From assembly GCA_965140785.1 (NCBI GenBank), contig OZ223481.1, positions 320,001-384,000 on the forward strand: 64,000 nt of DNA, in the 5' to 3' direction. Each line of letters opens with the position of its first letter. Position 1 is the first letter of the stretch. Of this stretch, positions 46,322-56,211 are shown piece after piece. The notes beneath the pieces are model-generated. The model was given only the letters and a program-made list of their open reading frames with translations. It ran no database searches and was not told where the DNA came from. Source of the DNA: an uncultured Ruficoccus sp. Its GTDB lineage: Bacteria > Verrucomicrobiota > Verrucomicrobiia > Opitutales > Cerasicoccaceae. The position numbers and the translations under genes are program-made.

Positions 46322-46813
46322 ATGCGCGAGAAGCTTGACTTGTCTGTTATGAAATCCCGGCCCATCCCCGGCTCGACCGGCGAAGTCCTCACCTGCCTGC
46401 CCTCGCCCTACACGGCGCATGGGGCGACCGGCCTGCTCTATCTGCCGCGCTTCATCGCGAAAATCCGCTACGTGCGCGACCACGGCGAGCTGCCCAAGAG
46501 CTACCGCAAAAATTACAAGCGCGGGCTGGACCGCTTCCTGTGCCAGCACCTTGGGGTGGAACCGGCGGCGGTCGAGGAGGCGATCACGGGCGCGGCGGAC
46601 GATGGCGAAGACGCCGAGGCCCGTCTGCTCATGCTGCTCCCCTCCGATGTCCGCGCCCCGGTCTGGAACCGCGAGCTGGTCCAGAAGGGCATGACCGAGG
46701 CCGGACGGGAATTCCTGGCCGAGGCTTTAGAAAAAATGGGCTGTCTCGACCGGGTGGGCGAGATCAAGTCCGTCCCCGACCTCATCGACTTCGACGAAGG
46801 CCGCATCGAGTAG
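46322..46813 (+). CDS. DUF5069 family protein
   Basis: LPSPY, GLLYLPRFIAKIR, GLDRFLCQHLGV, C-terminal DLIDFDEGR; start uncertain. Confidence 0.7.
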   Translation: MREKLDLSVMKSRPIPGSTGEVLTCLPSPYTAHGATGLLYLPRFIAKIRYVRDHGELPKSYRKNYKRGLDRFLCQHLGVEPAAVEEAITGAADDGEDAEARLLMLLPSDVRAPVWNRELVQKGMTEAGREFLAEALEKMGCLDRVGEIKSVPDLIDFDEGRIE

Positions 46814-47036
46814 CCAGCGTCCGGCTGGACCAGCAATGACGGGCTGCTTTCTCTTCCTTGCCGCTCCGCTGTTAACTTTCAACCCCCCAAACTCTCGAAC
46901 CTTCAAACGGTTTGATCGGCCCCCTCCCGATCAAACCCGTCGGTTGCGCTTGCGGTCGGGCGCGGGTGCGTTAAATTTCCCGTCACATTCGCTTGTTTGT
47001 GCAACCGCCCGCCATACGCGGGGTTTAATGATCACC

Positions 47037-48401
47037 ATGTCCCTGTCTTCCAAGAAAGTCGTCCTGCTGGTCGCCGCCTGGTGCGTGACGGTCGCCGTTG
47101 CCTACTACGCGGGGTCCACCCTGACGGATGCCGGGGCGCAAACCGCTGCTTCCCCGGCTGCCCGTGCCAGCTCCTCCGGCGGGGCCAAGACCTTTCTAGT
47201 CACCGACACCCAGGCGGACAAAACTGCCGCCATCCTTGAGGAGGCGGGCGAGGAGGAAATCGCCGCCGCCGGGACCGAAGGCGGGCTCACGCTCAGCCAG
47301 GCTATGGCCGCCTACCTGGCCAATCCCGGCAACCGCGCCGCCCAGCGGCAGTTGAGCCTGATGCTCCAGGGGCTCGGCCCGGACGAGATCAGCGGGGCGC
47401 TCGCCATGATCGAGGAAATGCCCGGTGGGTCTAACCGCGACCGCTTATTGCAAGAACTGATCGGCCAATGGGCCGCCTATGATCCGGAAGCGGCCATCGC
47501 CTACGCCCAGAATTTGCCCAATATGCGCCTGTCCACCTCCGCCCTGAACGAGGCGCTGCAGGGCTGGGCCCGGGTCAACCCGCAGGCGGCGCTGGCCTGG
47601 TGGTCCAACCCGGACAACGCCGTTTCCTCGCGCCTGAGCGGGCGCCGGCTCGACTCCATTCTGCGCGGCTACGCCGAGAACGATCCCTTTGGCGCCTTCC
47701 AGTACGTCTCGGCCCTTTCCGAGGACAGCGTGGAGGGGCGCCGCATGAAGAATCGCGCCATCGAAACCGTCGTGGACTCCATGCTCGATCAGGGCCGGCT
47801 CAATGACGCCCTGGCCTGGACTTCGCAACTGCCGGAGGGCGAAACGCAGACTTCGGCCCTTTCGGAAATTTTCGAGGACTGGACCCGCTTCGACCCGGAC
47901 GCGGCCTCCGCCTACCTGGAAACGCTTTCCGACCGCGAAGATTTCAGCCAACTACGCAACAGCATGGTGCGCTCCTGGACGCGGACGGACCCGGCGCAGG
48001 TGGCCGAGTACATTTCCGGCATGGACGCCGAAGACCCCGATACCGGGCGCTTGACCACCATGCTCGTCGCCGAGTGGGGCCGCTACGACCTGGCCGCCGC
48101 CGGCGAGTGGCTCAACAGCCAGCCCCCCTCCGAGGAGACTGACCGCGCCGTGGCCATGTTCACCTTTCAGGCTGCGGCCGAGGACCCCGCCGGGGCCATG
48201 ACCTGGGCCGAATCCATCACCTCCGACCGCATCAAGGGCCGCCTCATCGACCGCGTGGCCCGCGAGTGGAAGGCGCAGGACCCCGAGGGCTTCTCCGAGT
48301 ACCTGAAGGATGCCGACCTCTCCGACGAAAAGAAGGCCGAGCTGGAAAACATCAAGCCCAGCAGCAGCCAGAGCGGTGGTTGGGGCTGGTGGCACCGCTG
48401 A
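47037..48401 (+). CDS. W-x-x-x-D-P-x-A-A repeat protein, shorter paralog 3
   Basis: N-terminal TM; WAAYDPEAA, WARVNPQAALAW, WTRFDPDAA, EDPAGAMTW. Confidence 0.78.
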   Translation: MSLSSKKVVLLVAAWCVTVAVAYYAGSTLTDAGAQTAASPAARASSSGGAKTFLVTDTQADKTAAILEEAGEEEIAAAGTEGGLTLSQAMAAYLANPGNRAAQRQLSLMLQGLGPDEISGALAMIEEMPGGSNRDRLLQELIGQWAAYDPEAAIAYAQNLPNMRLSTSALNEALQGWARVNPQAALAWWSNPDNAVSSRLSGRRLDSILRGYAENDPFGAFQYVSALSEDSVEGRRMKNRAIETVVDSMLDQGRLNDALAWTSQLPEGETQTSALSEIFEDWTRFDPDAASAYLETLSDREDFSQLRNSMVRSWTRTDPAQVAEYISGMDAEDPDTGRLTTMLVAEWGRYDLAAAGEWLNSQPPSEETDRAVAMFTFQAAAEDPAGAMTWAESITSDRIKGRLIDRVAREWKAQDPEGFSEYLKDADLSDEKKAELENIKPSSSQSGGWGWWHR

Positions 48402-48495
48402 TTTTTTCTGGGGGTGGAAATGACGGATGGCCCGGCTTCGGCTCAGGGCTACTTCGCGAGTCCTTCTCAGGTCTCCTGTGACTCTCCAGCGGGGC

Positions 48496-48530
48496 GATCC
48501 TTCGGCGCGCTGCGCGTGCTCAGGATGACA
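48496..48530. repeat. REP-like half element
   Basis: GATCCTTCGGCGCGCTGCGCGTGCTCAGGATGACA, similar to 30452-30493; lies between convergent genes. Confidence 0.65.
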
Positions 48531-48595
48531 GCGGGTGTCGTTGCTGATCTCGCAGAGTGCACCGTCTCCGGCCTGATCAAGCAGAGGAGGGGATA

Positions 48596-49468
48596 TTATG
48601 GCGTCGCATCCAGAGCGCGAGTCCGCACCGCTTCGGCACTCAGGCCCTGTTCGCGCAGGGTGCGCAGGCTGAGGGCGTCGTCGCGCTTGGCCAGGCGTTT
48701 GCCTGCCGCGTCCCGCACCAGCGGACAGTGGGCGAAGGCCGGGACTGCCTCCGGCCCGAGGACCCGGTAGAGCAGAAGCTGGCGGGCGGTGGACTTGAGC
48801 AGATCGGCTCCGCGGACCACCTCGGTGATGGCCATGGCCAGGTCGTCCACGACTACGGCCAGTTCATAGGCGGGCACGCCGTCACGGCGCCAGATGAGGA
48901 AATCCCCGAAGTCCTCGCCCGCCGTAAAAGCCTGCTCCCCGGCCAACTCGTCGTGGAAGCGGAGCGTTTCGCCGTCGGGCACGCGGAAACGCCAGTTGAC
49001 CTCGCCGGGGGCGGGGGCATTCTGCCCGGTGCCTGTCGGGGGTCGCCACTGCGGCGGGTAAATGGGCTCGGCCTCTTCGTCCTCCTCGTGCGGGGCGGCC
49101 ACGCGCTCGCGCAGTTCGCGCCGGGAGCGGGTACACGGGTAGATGGCGCCGGCGTCGCGGAGCTTTTCCCAGGCATTTAAATATAAAGCGTGGCGTTCGC
49201 TCTGGGTGTAGGGAGCGCAGGGGCCGCCCACGTCCGGCCCCTCGGTCCAACGCAGGCCGAGCCAGTGCAGATCTTCCAGTGCGGCCTGGGCATACTCGGG
49301 GCGGCAGCGCTGCGGGTCGAGGTCTTCGTTGCGCAGGATGAGCGTGCCCCCTGCCGCCCGGCAGCGTTCCTGGGCGCGCAGAAAGGTAGCGGCATGGCCG
49401 AGATGCAGATGCCCGGTCGGGGTGGGGGCGAGCCGCCCCCGGTACGGTCTGTCTGTTACCGCGCTCAC
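48596..49468 (-). CDS. gluQ: Glutamyl-Q tRNA(Asp) synthetase
   Basis: RLAPTPTGHLHLGH, YELAVVVDD, VVRGADL, KRLAKR; lacks anticodon-binding domain. Confidence 0.9.
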   Translation of the reverse strand: MSAVTDRPYRGRLAPTPTGHLHLGHAATFLRAQERCRAAGGTLILRNEDLDPQRCRPEYAQAALEDLHWLGLRWTEGPDVGGPCAPYTQSERHALYLNAWEKLRDAGAIYPCTRSRRELRERVAAPHEEDEEAEPIYPPQWRPPTGTGQNAPAPGEVNWRFRVPDGETLRFHDELAGEQAFTAGEDFGDFLIWRRDGVPAYELAVVVDDLAMAITEVVRGADLLKSTARQLLLYRVLGPEAVPAFAHCPLVRDAAGKRLAKRDDALSLRTLREQGLSAEAVRTRALDATP

Positions 49469-49693
49469 AGACCTCTACCAGAAGCCCGCCCCGCGCCCGC
49501 CGCAACGATTTTTGCATCTAGCCGCCTTGCGCTGCTTCAAGCCATTTCCCCGCCTCGACGCGACAAATTAAATCGAAAGTGCTCCAGGCGGACCGGAAGA
49601 GGTGAGCGGGCGGAGGGTGAGGCGCGATTATTTTCGCTGGGAGAGAGTTTGGGTTTGTCATGGGGACATAATCCCGCAACTTAACTTTCGCTT

Positions 49694-50836
49694 ATGCTGC
49701 GACACGTAAAAGAAATAAAACTTATAGCAATGCTGGGCCTGGCGGGGATGGGGGTTTCCGCCTGGGCCGAGGTAGCGGCGCCGGTGCAAACGGATACACT
49801 GGAGGGACTTTCCGAGCAAACGCCCGCTCCGGTGGCGGAGGAGGACCTGTTCATCGAGGGCGTCGGTAACGCCTCGGACGCACCCGAGGTTCCGAGCGAG
49901 CCGGACGCCAACTACGTGCGCCTGTCGTTGGGGGCCGAGTACAGCACCCAGTTGGACAAGGAAACGCTCGACGCGCTCAACAGCTGGTTCCAGTTCCGGG
50001 CCCGTATCCACTATTCGCTGGGGCTGGCTTCGACCCCGGCGGGCAACTTCAAGCTCAAGGGCCTGGCCGGGACCGGCTCTTATTTCACCTACTCGTGGAT
50101 CAACATCATCAGCACGATGGGGCAGACGGTGCCGGAGAAGACCTTTAACATGCGCCAGATCTACCTGCAGGACGATATCGACGGCTGGGAGATTCAGGGT
50201 GGGATCATCCCGCCCAACGGCGGCGACATCACCGATCTCGGCTACGACTCGGACGGCTGGGTCAGCGGTGGCCGGGTGACCGCCCCGCTGGGCGAGGGCC
50301 ACTTGGAGGTGGTGACGGGGATCATCGACCACCTCAACGATCCCAACGCCTTCCAGTCCTGGGGGACGTGGAACTACTTCGGCGCCAAGCTGATCCAGCC
50401 CCTGCCCTGGTACGGGCTTCAGGGCTGGCTCTCCTACGAGTACCTGGAGGACGAGAGCTACGTGGACTTTCAGTTGCAGCGCACCTGGCAGCTCGACGAG
50501 GGCATGGCACTGCTCGGGCAGGTCGAGGCGCTCTACAACTTCACCACGCCGAGCTGGGCCTGGGGCGCCTCCGCCCGCCTGCAGACGGAGTATCTCAACG
50601 TCATCGTCGAGTACAGCTACATCAACCGGGACTTCGGCTTGCGTGGCGAACTTTCAGAGGACTTTTTCACCTTCGGGCACCGGCTCGACGTCGAGTTCAA
50701 CGGCGACATTCCCTTCGTCAAGGGGCTGAACTGGTTCGTCATGACCGATGTGGCCGAGCAACTGGTGCGGGTCCGCGCCGGGTTCAACTTCGGCTTCGGC
50801 GGCAGCACCCCGGGCTATCTAGTCCGTTTTGACTGA
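49694..50836 (+). CDS. Putative outer-membrane beta-barrel protein, paralog A
   Basis: Signal peptide, amphipathic aromatic-rich strands, C-terminal VRVRAGFNFGF...GYLVRFD. Confidence 0.6.
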   Translation: MLRHVKEIKLIAMLGLAGMGVSAWAEVAAPVQTDTLEGLSEQTPAPVAEEDLFIEGVGNASDAPEVPSEPDANYVRLSLGAEYSTQLDKETLDALNSWFQFRARIHYSLGLASTPAGNFKLKGLAGTGSYFTYSWINIISTMGQTVPEKTFNMRQIYLQDDIDGWEIQGGIIPPNGGDITDLGYDSDGWVSGGRVTAPLGEGHLEVVTGIIDHLNDPNAFQSWGTWNYFGAKLIQPLPWYGLQGWLSYEYLEDESYVDFQLQRTWQLDEGMALLGQVEALYNFTTPSWAWGASARLQTEYLNVIVEYSYINRDFGLRGELSEDFFTFGHRLDVEFNGDIPFVKGLNWFVMTDVAEQLVRVRAGFNFGFGGSTPGYLVRFD

Positions 50837-51051
50837 GGCAGCCTTGGGCAGTGTCCGCAAGAATCGGCCTTTCCTGCTCGCACCGTCATTTGAAGACACG
50901 GAGCTGACGAAATATCCGACGGGCATTTAACCCCGCCCGCGGGGCAGGTTTGGCTTGCTCCTGCGCCCTCGGGCAGTCTATGCGTTTGTAACAATTGTAA
51001 CAATTGCCATGATCGTTACAATGGGAGCCCCGCACGGGGTGACGTTACGTT

Positions 51052-52068
51052 ATGTCTGTCCGATCCTTTATTATCGTCGCAGGCCTGGGAACGGGCCTGC
51101 TCGCAAGCAGTTTTTCTCCGCTCCGGGGAGCTGAGCTCGAGCCCAGTTCCATCAAGTTCAAGGGGGGGATGCGCTACGACTCCATCTTTCAGAAAGATGG
51201 GCTGCACCAGAATACGAGCCGATTCCAGTTTCAGGCGACGATTGAGTACGCGCTGGGCCTGGTCAGCTCGCCGGCGGGGGATTTCACGCTGCGGGGCGTT
51301 GCCGGTACCGGTGGCAGCTACACCTCCGCCTGGAACACCTTTGCCACGACCGACGGGAAACCCGTGCCGGATCAGCTTTTTAACATGCGGCAGATTTACC
51401 TCCAGGATGATCTGGACGGCTGGCATGGACAGGCCGGGATCATCCCGCCCAACAGCGGTGACATCTGGACCCTGGGCTACGACACGGACGGCTGGGTGCG
51501 TGGTGGCCGCCTGGTGGCCCCGCTGGGCGAGGGCGATTTCCAGCTCGTTTCCGGCTCGATCGACCATCTGTCCGATCCGAATGCCTTTCAGATGTGGGAC
51601 GAGTGGAACTACTTCGGCACGAAGCTCGTGCAGCCCCTGCCGTGGTGGGAGCTGAAGGGCAGCCTCTCCTACGAGTACCTCGCCGATCAAAATTACGTCG
51701 GGGCCGAGCTGGGCCGCAACTGGACGCTCGACGAGGGGCTCAAGCTGCAGAGCGGCATCGAGGCACTCTACAACTTCACCACGCCGAGCTGGGCCTGGGC
51801 GGCGGCGGCCAAGCTCAAGACCGACCCGGTCAACATCACGCTCGCCTATACCTACATCAACCCCGACTTCGGGCTTCGCGGTGAGCTCTCAAACGACTTC
51901 TTCACGCTCGGGCACCGCTTCAGCGTCGAGTTCGGCGGCCAGGTCCTGCTTAAAGACCTCAAGTGGTTCGCCAAGACCGACGTGACCGATCAGTTGCTCC
52001 GCATCCGCGTCGGCTTCAGCTACAGTTTTGGCGACGGCAAGTCCGGCTACCTGGCCCGTTTCGACTAG
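51052..52068 (+). CDS. Putative outer-membrane beta-barrel protein, paralog B
   Basis: Shares FNMRQIYLQDD, GIIPPN, EALYNFTTPSWAW, DFGLRGELS-DFFT-GHR with paralog A. Confidence 0.6.
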   Translation: MSVRSFIIVAGLGTGLLASSFSPLRGAELEPSSIKFKGGMRYDSIFQKDGLHQNTSRFQFQATIEYALGLVSSPAGDFTLRGVAGTGGSYTSAWNTFATTDGKPVPDQLFNMRQIYLQDDLDGWHGQAGIIPPNSGDIWTLGYDTDGWVRGGRLVAPLGEGDFQLVSGSIDHLSDPNAFQMWDEWNYFGTKLVQPLPWWELKGSLSYEYLADQNYVGAELGRNWTLDEGLKLQSGIEALYNFTTPSWAWAAAAKLKTDPVNITLAYTYINPDFGLRGELSNDFFTLGHRFSVEFGGQVLLKDLKWFAKTDVTDQLLRIRVGFSYSFGDGKSGYLARFD

Positions 52069-52270
52069 GATCGAGCGGCTTTTGTTTTAACCACAGACGC
52101 GATGCGGCAGCATCGCAAGTGCAGGCTTTGCTTGCTGCGGGGTTTGGGGGGCGCAAAGCCCCCAATGTTTACAGCAAGAACATAGCTAACGGTGCTCTAG
52201 AGAAGGCGGCGCGGCTGGTTGGCCTCGGATGAGACTTGCCCGAGCGTAGGGGGGTGGTAACTTACCGCCC

Positions 52271-52525
52271 ATGGACGAGGCGAAAATGCGGCGCGTGATT
52301 TTCGGGTTGGCGCGGGAGCGCGGCCCGTCGGGTTCGATCTGCCCCTCCGAGGCGGCGCGCAAGATCTCCCCCTACAAGTGGCGCGCGGTCATGCCCCAGA
52401 TTATCGGGGCAGCCCGCCGCATGGCCGCCGATGGTGAAATCCTCATGCTGCAAGGCGGCAAGCAAGTCGATCCCGCCGCCGCCAAGGGCGCCTTTCGCCT
52501 GCGCCTGCCGCCCGGTGCGGCGTGA
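52271..52525 (+). CDS. DUF3253 family winged-helix protein
   Basis: SICPSEAAR, WRAVMP, LQGGKQVDP...KGAFRLR. Confidence 0.85.
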   Translation: MDEAKMRRVIFGLARERGPSGSICPSEAARKISPYKWRAVMPQIIGAARRMAADGEILMLQGGKQVDPAAAKGAFRLRLPPGAA

Positions 52526-52701
52526 GTACGGGCAGCTCTGAGGGCCAGACGTGAGGCGGCCAACTGCTGACAGCGAGGCATTAGCTTCGGTCCGGCCCCG
52601 CCTGATTTCTCTTCACGAATAGATCGGGAATTCGTGCCGGGAAAGGGCGCGTGAGACCGCGTGGCCTTGACTGTGGCCCCGCTCATGCTCTTACTGCCGG
52701 C

Positions 52702-54420
52702 ATGGTTGCTGCGGACAAGCGCTCTGCCGGACGGATTTTTGGCTCCGTCGGTTTCTGGATTTTCGTGATCGGGATGGCGCTGGCTTTCTTTGTCGGGCGA
52801 GCGGTTGCCCCGGTCTGGTACGTGCAGAAGGTTTCGCTCGATGACGATGAAGAGTTCGTCCATCAGGCCGTGCCGGTGGCCGACTCGCAGCTGTGGGAGC
52901 TGGCCGGGAATTCCGTCGCGGAGGTGCCGACGGAAGCGGTCGAGTGGGTGCAGGTGACCCACGAGGACGGCGCTGTCGATGTCTATTCGCTGACACCGCG
53001 CAAGCACTGGGGGTACTGGTCCTTCCTGCCCGCCGCCATGGCGGTGGCGTTGTGCTTCATCACGCGTGAGCCGATCACGGCGCTCTCCGGGGGGATTCTG
53101 GCCGGGGCGCTGCTCATGCACCAGTATGACGTCACCGGCGACGTGCTCATCCCGGCACTGGCCACCCGCAGCGGAGCGGGCATCCTGATCCTCTACCTGT
53201 GGTTCCTGGGCGGAATCATGGGCATCTGGTCGCGCAACGGAGCGGCGCAGGCCTTTGCCGAGCTGATGACGCGGCGCTTCGTGCGCGGGCCGGTCTCGGC
53301 ACGACTGGTGGCATGGTTTCTGGGGGTGCTGTTCTTCCAGGGCGGGACGCTGAGCACGGTGCTCGTCGGCACGACCGTGCGCCCGGTGGCGGACAAGGAA
53401 AAGATCAGCCACGAGGAGCTTTCCTACATCGTCGATTCGACCGCCTCGCCCATCGCCGTGCTGCTGCCTTTTAACGCCTGGCCCATCTATGTGCAGGGGC
53501 TGATCTTCATCTCCGGAGCGGGCTTTCTGGCCACCGAGGCTGACCGTATCCATTTTTTCATTACGTCGGTGCCGCTTTCTTTCTACGCGATGTTCGCGGT
53601 GCTCTTCACGCTGCTGCTGTGCTTTGACAAGCTGCCCTTCCTCAGCCCGTCGATGAAGGAGGCCGTCCGCCGCTCCCGCGAGACCGGTCAGCTCGACCGG
53701 CCCGGCGCGCAGCCGCTGCTGGCCAAGGAGCTGGAAACGAGCGACCCGCCGGCGGACTATCGCCCGAGCGTTTGGGAATTTTTTATCCCGCTGGGACTGA
53801 TTATCGGGATCGCCGTTGGGACGTGGCTGTGGCTGGACTCGCCGGATGTGTACTGGGCCTTCGGCATCGCGCTGCTGGTGGCCTTCGGGCTGACGCTGGC
53901 CCGCGGCATGAGCCTGGAGGACGCCGTGGGCGGCCTGACCAACGGTCTCAAGGGCGTGGTCTACGGCTCGGTCGTGCTGCTGCTGGCCATCGTCATCGGC
54001 ACCATCAGCAAGCAGACCGGCGGCGGGGTGTACCTGATGGACCTGTTTGCCGGGACGTTGCCGTTCTGGGTGCTGCCGGTGCTGTTTCAGGTGCTGACGA
54101 TGTTCATCGCTTTTTCCACCGGGACGAGCTTCGGGACTTTCGCCGTGGCGCTGCCGCTGGTCATGCCCCTGGCCTGGGCCACGGCGCTGGCTCACGGGAT
54201 GGACCACCCGCAGTTTTACCTGGCGATCTGCTTCGCCGCCGTCATCAACGGCAGCGTGTACGGCGACCAGTGCTCGCCCATTTCCGATACCACCGTGCTC
54301 AGCAGCATGGCGACCGGTTGCGACCTGATGGACCACGTCAAGACCCAGATCGGTCCGGCCTCGGTGGCCGCATTTCTGGCCGCGATTGGCTGGACAGTGG
54401 CGGTGTTTTTCGCGGCCTGA
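52702..54420 (+). CDS. NhaC-family Na+/H+ antiporter-like transporter
   Basis: SHEELSYIVDSTASP, FSTGTSFGTF, GDQCSPISDTTVLSS, DHVKTQ. Confidence 0.85.
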   Translation: MVAADKRSAGRIFGSVGFWIFVIGMALAFFVGRAVAPVWYVQKVSLDDDEEFVHQAVPVADSQLWELAGNSVAEVPTEAVEWVQVTHEDGAVDVYSLTPRKHWGYWSFLPAAMAVALCFITREPITALSGGILAGALLMHQYDVTGDVLIPALATRSGAGILILYLWFLGGIMGIWSRNGAAQAFAELMTRRFVRGPVSARLVAWFLGVLFFQGGTLSTVLVGTTVRPVADKEKISHEELSYIVDSTASPIAVLLPFNAWPIYVQGLIFISGAGFLATEADRIHFFITSVPLSFYAMFAVLFTLLLCFDKLPFLSPSMKEAVRRSRETGQLDRPGAQPLLAKELETSDPPADYRPSVWEFFIPLGLIIGIAVGTWLWLDSPDVYWAFGIALLVAFGLTLARGMSLEDAVGGLTNGLKGVVYGSVVLLLAIVIGTISKQTGGGVYLMDLFAGTLPFWVLPVLFQVLTMFIAFSTGTSFGTFAVALPLVMPLAWATALAHGMDHPQFYLAICFAAVINGSVYGDQCSPISDTTVLSSMATGCDLMDHVKTQIGPASVAAFLAAIGWTVAVFFAA

Positions 54421-54563
54421 AAAACCGGCGAGTGGGTGAGTTGAAATTCATATTAGCACGGCCAAATGGCTCTATCAGTTGACGTACTGCGGCTATGCGT
54501 TATAGTGTTAGCCAGTTAACACCATTAACGGACTAGACACTAAAACTAGAAAAGGAGTCTCCT

Positions 54564-54734
54564 ATGTTAGGTTGGGCACTCGTCTTCCTCATTATCGCCA
54601 TTATCGCCGGCGTGCTCGGCTTTGGTGGTATCGCTGGCGCTGCTGCCGGCATCGCTAAAATCCTGTTTTTCGTATTCCTCGTGCTGCTGATCGTGGCGGC
54701 TATCTCCGCGGCGGTACGTGGTCGAGCCCCGTAA
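54564..54734 (+). CDS. DUF1328 (YtjA/UPF0391) small membrane protein, absent from the ORF track
   Basis: [44 protein letters not shown]...; AAGGAG RBS upstream; 56 aa. Confidence 0.92.
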   Translation: MLGWALVFLIIAIIAGVLGFGGIAGAAAGIAKILFFVFLVLLIVAAISAAVRGRAP

Positions 54735-54747
54735 GAACCCGTTTAGC

Positions 54748-54772
54748 AAAAAGCCCGGCGGTTAAGCCGGGC
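54748..54772 (-). terminator. Probable intrinsic terminator for uxaE
   Basis: A-run then GCCCGGC-GGTTAA-GCCGGGC. Confidence 0.5.
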
Positions 54773-54818
54773 CTGCCTGCGGCCTAAGCCTGCCGCATGG
54801 AAATTGAGTTTAGGTATC

Positions 54819-54851
54819 CCCGGCCGGTTGTTTGACCGGCCGGGTTTTTTT
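54819..54851 (+). terminator. Intrinsic terminator after the DUF1328 gene
   Basis: CCCGGCCGGT-loop-ACCGGCCGGG followed by T7. Confidence 0.7.
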
Positions 54852-54876
54852 GTCCCCCCTCAAAGGTGGGAAAATC

Positions 54877-56130
54877 CTAGCTGAAAATCGGCAGGATGTG
54901 CCGCTGGAAGAGGTTGTCGGTCACGCCCTGATTGATGATGGCGGCGTGCTCCTCGAGTGCGTTGAGGTAGCGGTCGCCCATCTTCGCGGCGATCTTGAAG
55001 CCGACGTGGATCAACTGGCGCAGGTGCAGGTTGTATTCAGGATTGGATACATCGTGCTCGAGCGCGGCGACAAATTGCTCGGAGCTCCAGCCGGCGACAG
55101 TTTCGGCGGAGGGGAGCTTGCTCTTGTCAATGTCGATCACGGTGCTGTAGGGCGCGGTCAGCTCCTCGTAGTGCTCGAGACTCTTGGCGTAAATTTCCTT
55201 CGCGATGACGAGTCCCTCGCCCCCGGCGCGGGCCAGGCCGATGACTTCCTCCAGCCAGGTGGTGCCGGCGGTCTTGACGTGCAGGCCGCATTTATGCTCT
55301 TTGATCAGGCGGTTGATGATCGGATAGAGGGAGAATTTGTCGCTGCCGGAGTGCACGCTGACCTTCAGGCTTTCGGGAAGGCCGTACTCCTTGACCGCAA
55401 AGCGGATGATGCACAGGTCGGCGTGAAACTCCTGCTCGAACTGCTTCAGGTCGCCGACGTAGTCCACGCCCTTGTTAAAACGACCGGTGAACTTCGGCGC
55501 TACGGTCTGGGCGGGAATCTCCTGCCAGGCCATCATGGCGAGTAGGTAAAAGATGTCCGCCGGCCCCTGGGGCTGGTCGGTCTCGTCGATGGAAACCTCC
55601 GTTACGAAGCCATCGTCCTCGTCCATATTTTCGTTGATGTGGCGGTAGAGTTCACCGGCCTTGACGATGGCGGCGAGGTACTTGGCCGCGGCCGCTTCAG
55701 CGGCTTCGCGAGAGAGCACAAGCGGCTCTTCGAGACCTTCGATTTTCTGTTCACCGAAAAACGGTTCGACTACCTTGAGCCACATTTCGACTTCCGTGTC
55801 GGTGGCTTTTTCGCCGACATAGTCGGCCACATCGAGGGTGAAGAAATTGCTCCCGGCGAGGAAGTTCCCGACAGTCTCCAGGCGGATGTGGTCGGCGTCC
55901 ACATAGTAGCTGCCATCCCAGCCGAGTGCCTCGACGGCTGCGTCGGCTTCCTCTCTGAGCGAGGAGGGCACGGTGCCGACGATGGTGTGTTCGCGGTGGG
56001 ATTTATTCCAGACGGGGTACAGGTCGATGTCCTGAGCGCGCGCGTAGAGCACGGCCTGGAGCTGGGCTTTGCCCTGGTGGCCAAAGCGGTCGCCCATGCC
56101 GAAGGTGTAGGGTTCGATGGTCTTGATCAT
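54877..56130 (-). CDS. uxaE: Tagaturonate/fructuronate epimerase
   Basis: FGMGDRF, VDADHI, EVSIDETD, APKFTGRFNKGVDY, SVHSGSDKF, HVKTAGTTWLE. Confidence 0.9.
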   Translation of the reverse strand: MIKTIEPYTFGMGDRFGHQGKAQLQAVLYARAQDIDLYPVWNKSHREHTIVGTVPSSLREEADAAVEALGWDGSYYVDADHIRLETVGNFLAGSNFFTLDVADYVGEKATDTEVEMWLKVVEPFFGEQKIEGLEEPLVLSREAAEAAAAKYLAAIVKAGELYRHINENMDEDDGFVTEVSIDETDQPQGPADIFYLLAMMAWQEIPAQTVAPKFTGRFNKGVDYVGDLKQFEQEFHADLCIIRFAVKEYGLPESLKVSVHSGSDKFSLYPIINRLIKEHKCGLHVKTAGTTWLEEVIGLARAGGEGLVIAKEIYAKSLEHYEELTAPYSTVIDIDKSKLPSAETVAGWSSEQFVAALEHDVSNPEYNLHLRQLIHVGFKIAAKMGDRYLNALEEHAAIINQGVTDNLFQRHILPIFS

Positions 56131-56168
56131 GATGGGGAGAGTGTTGTTGTTATTTTACCAATAAGCAA

Positions 56169-56197
56169 ACAAAGCCCGGTGTTCGGCCGGGCTTTGT
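56169..56197 (-). terminator. Hairpin / probable terminator after the oxidoreductase gene
   Basis: ACAAAGCCCGG-TGTTCGG-CCGGGCTTTGT. Confidence 0.55.
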
Positions 56198-56211
56198 GCA
56201 GGTCTGCGTTT

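Noticed and set aside
52526..52701. Riboswitch upstream of the NhaC-family transporter
   Set aside because: No lysine, glycine or other riboswitch consensus recognisable by eye; an Rfam/Infernal scan would be needed.
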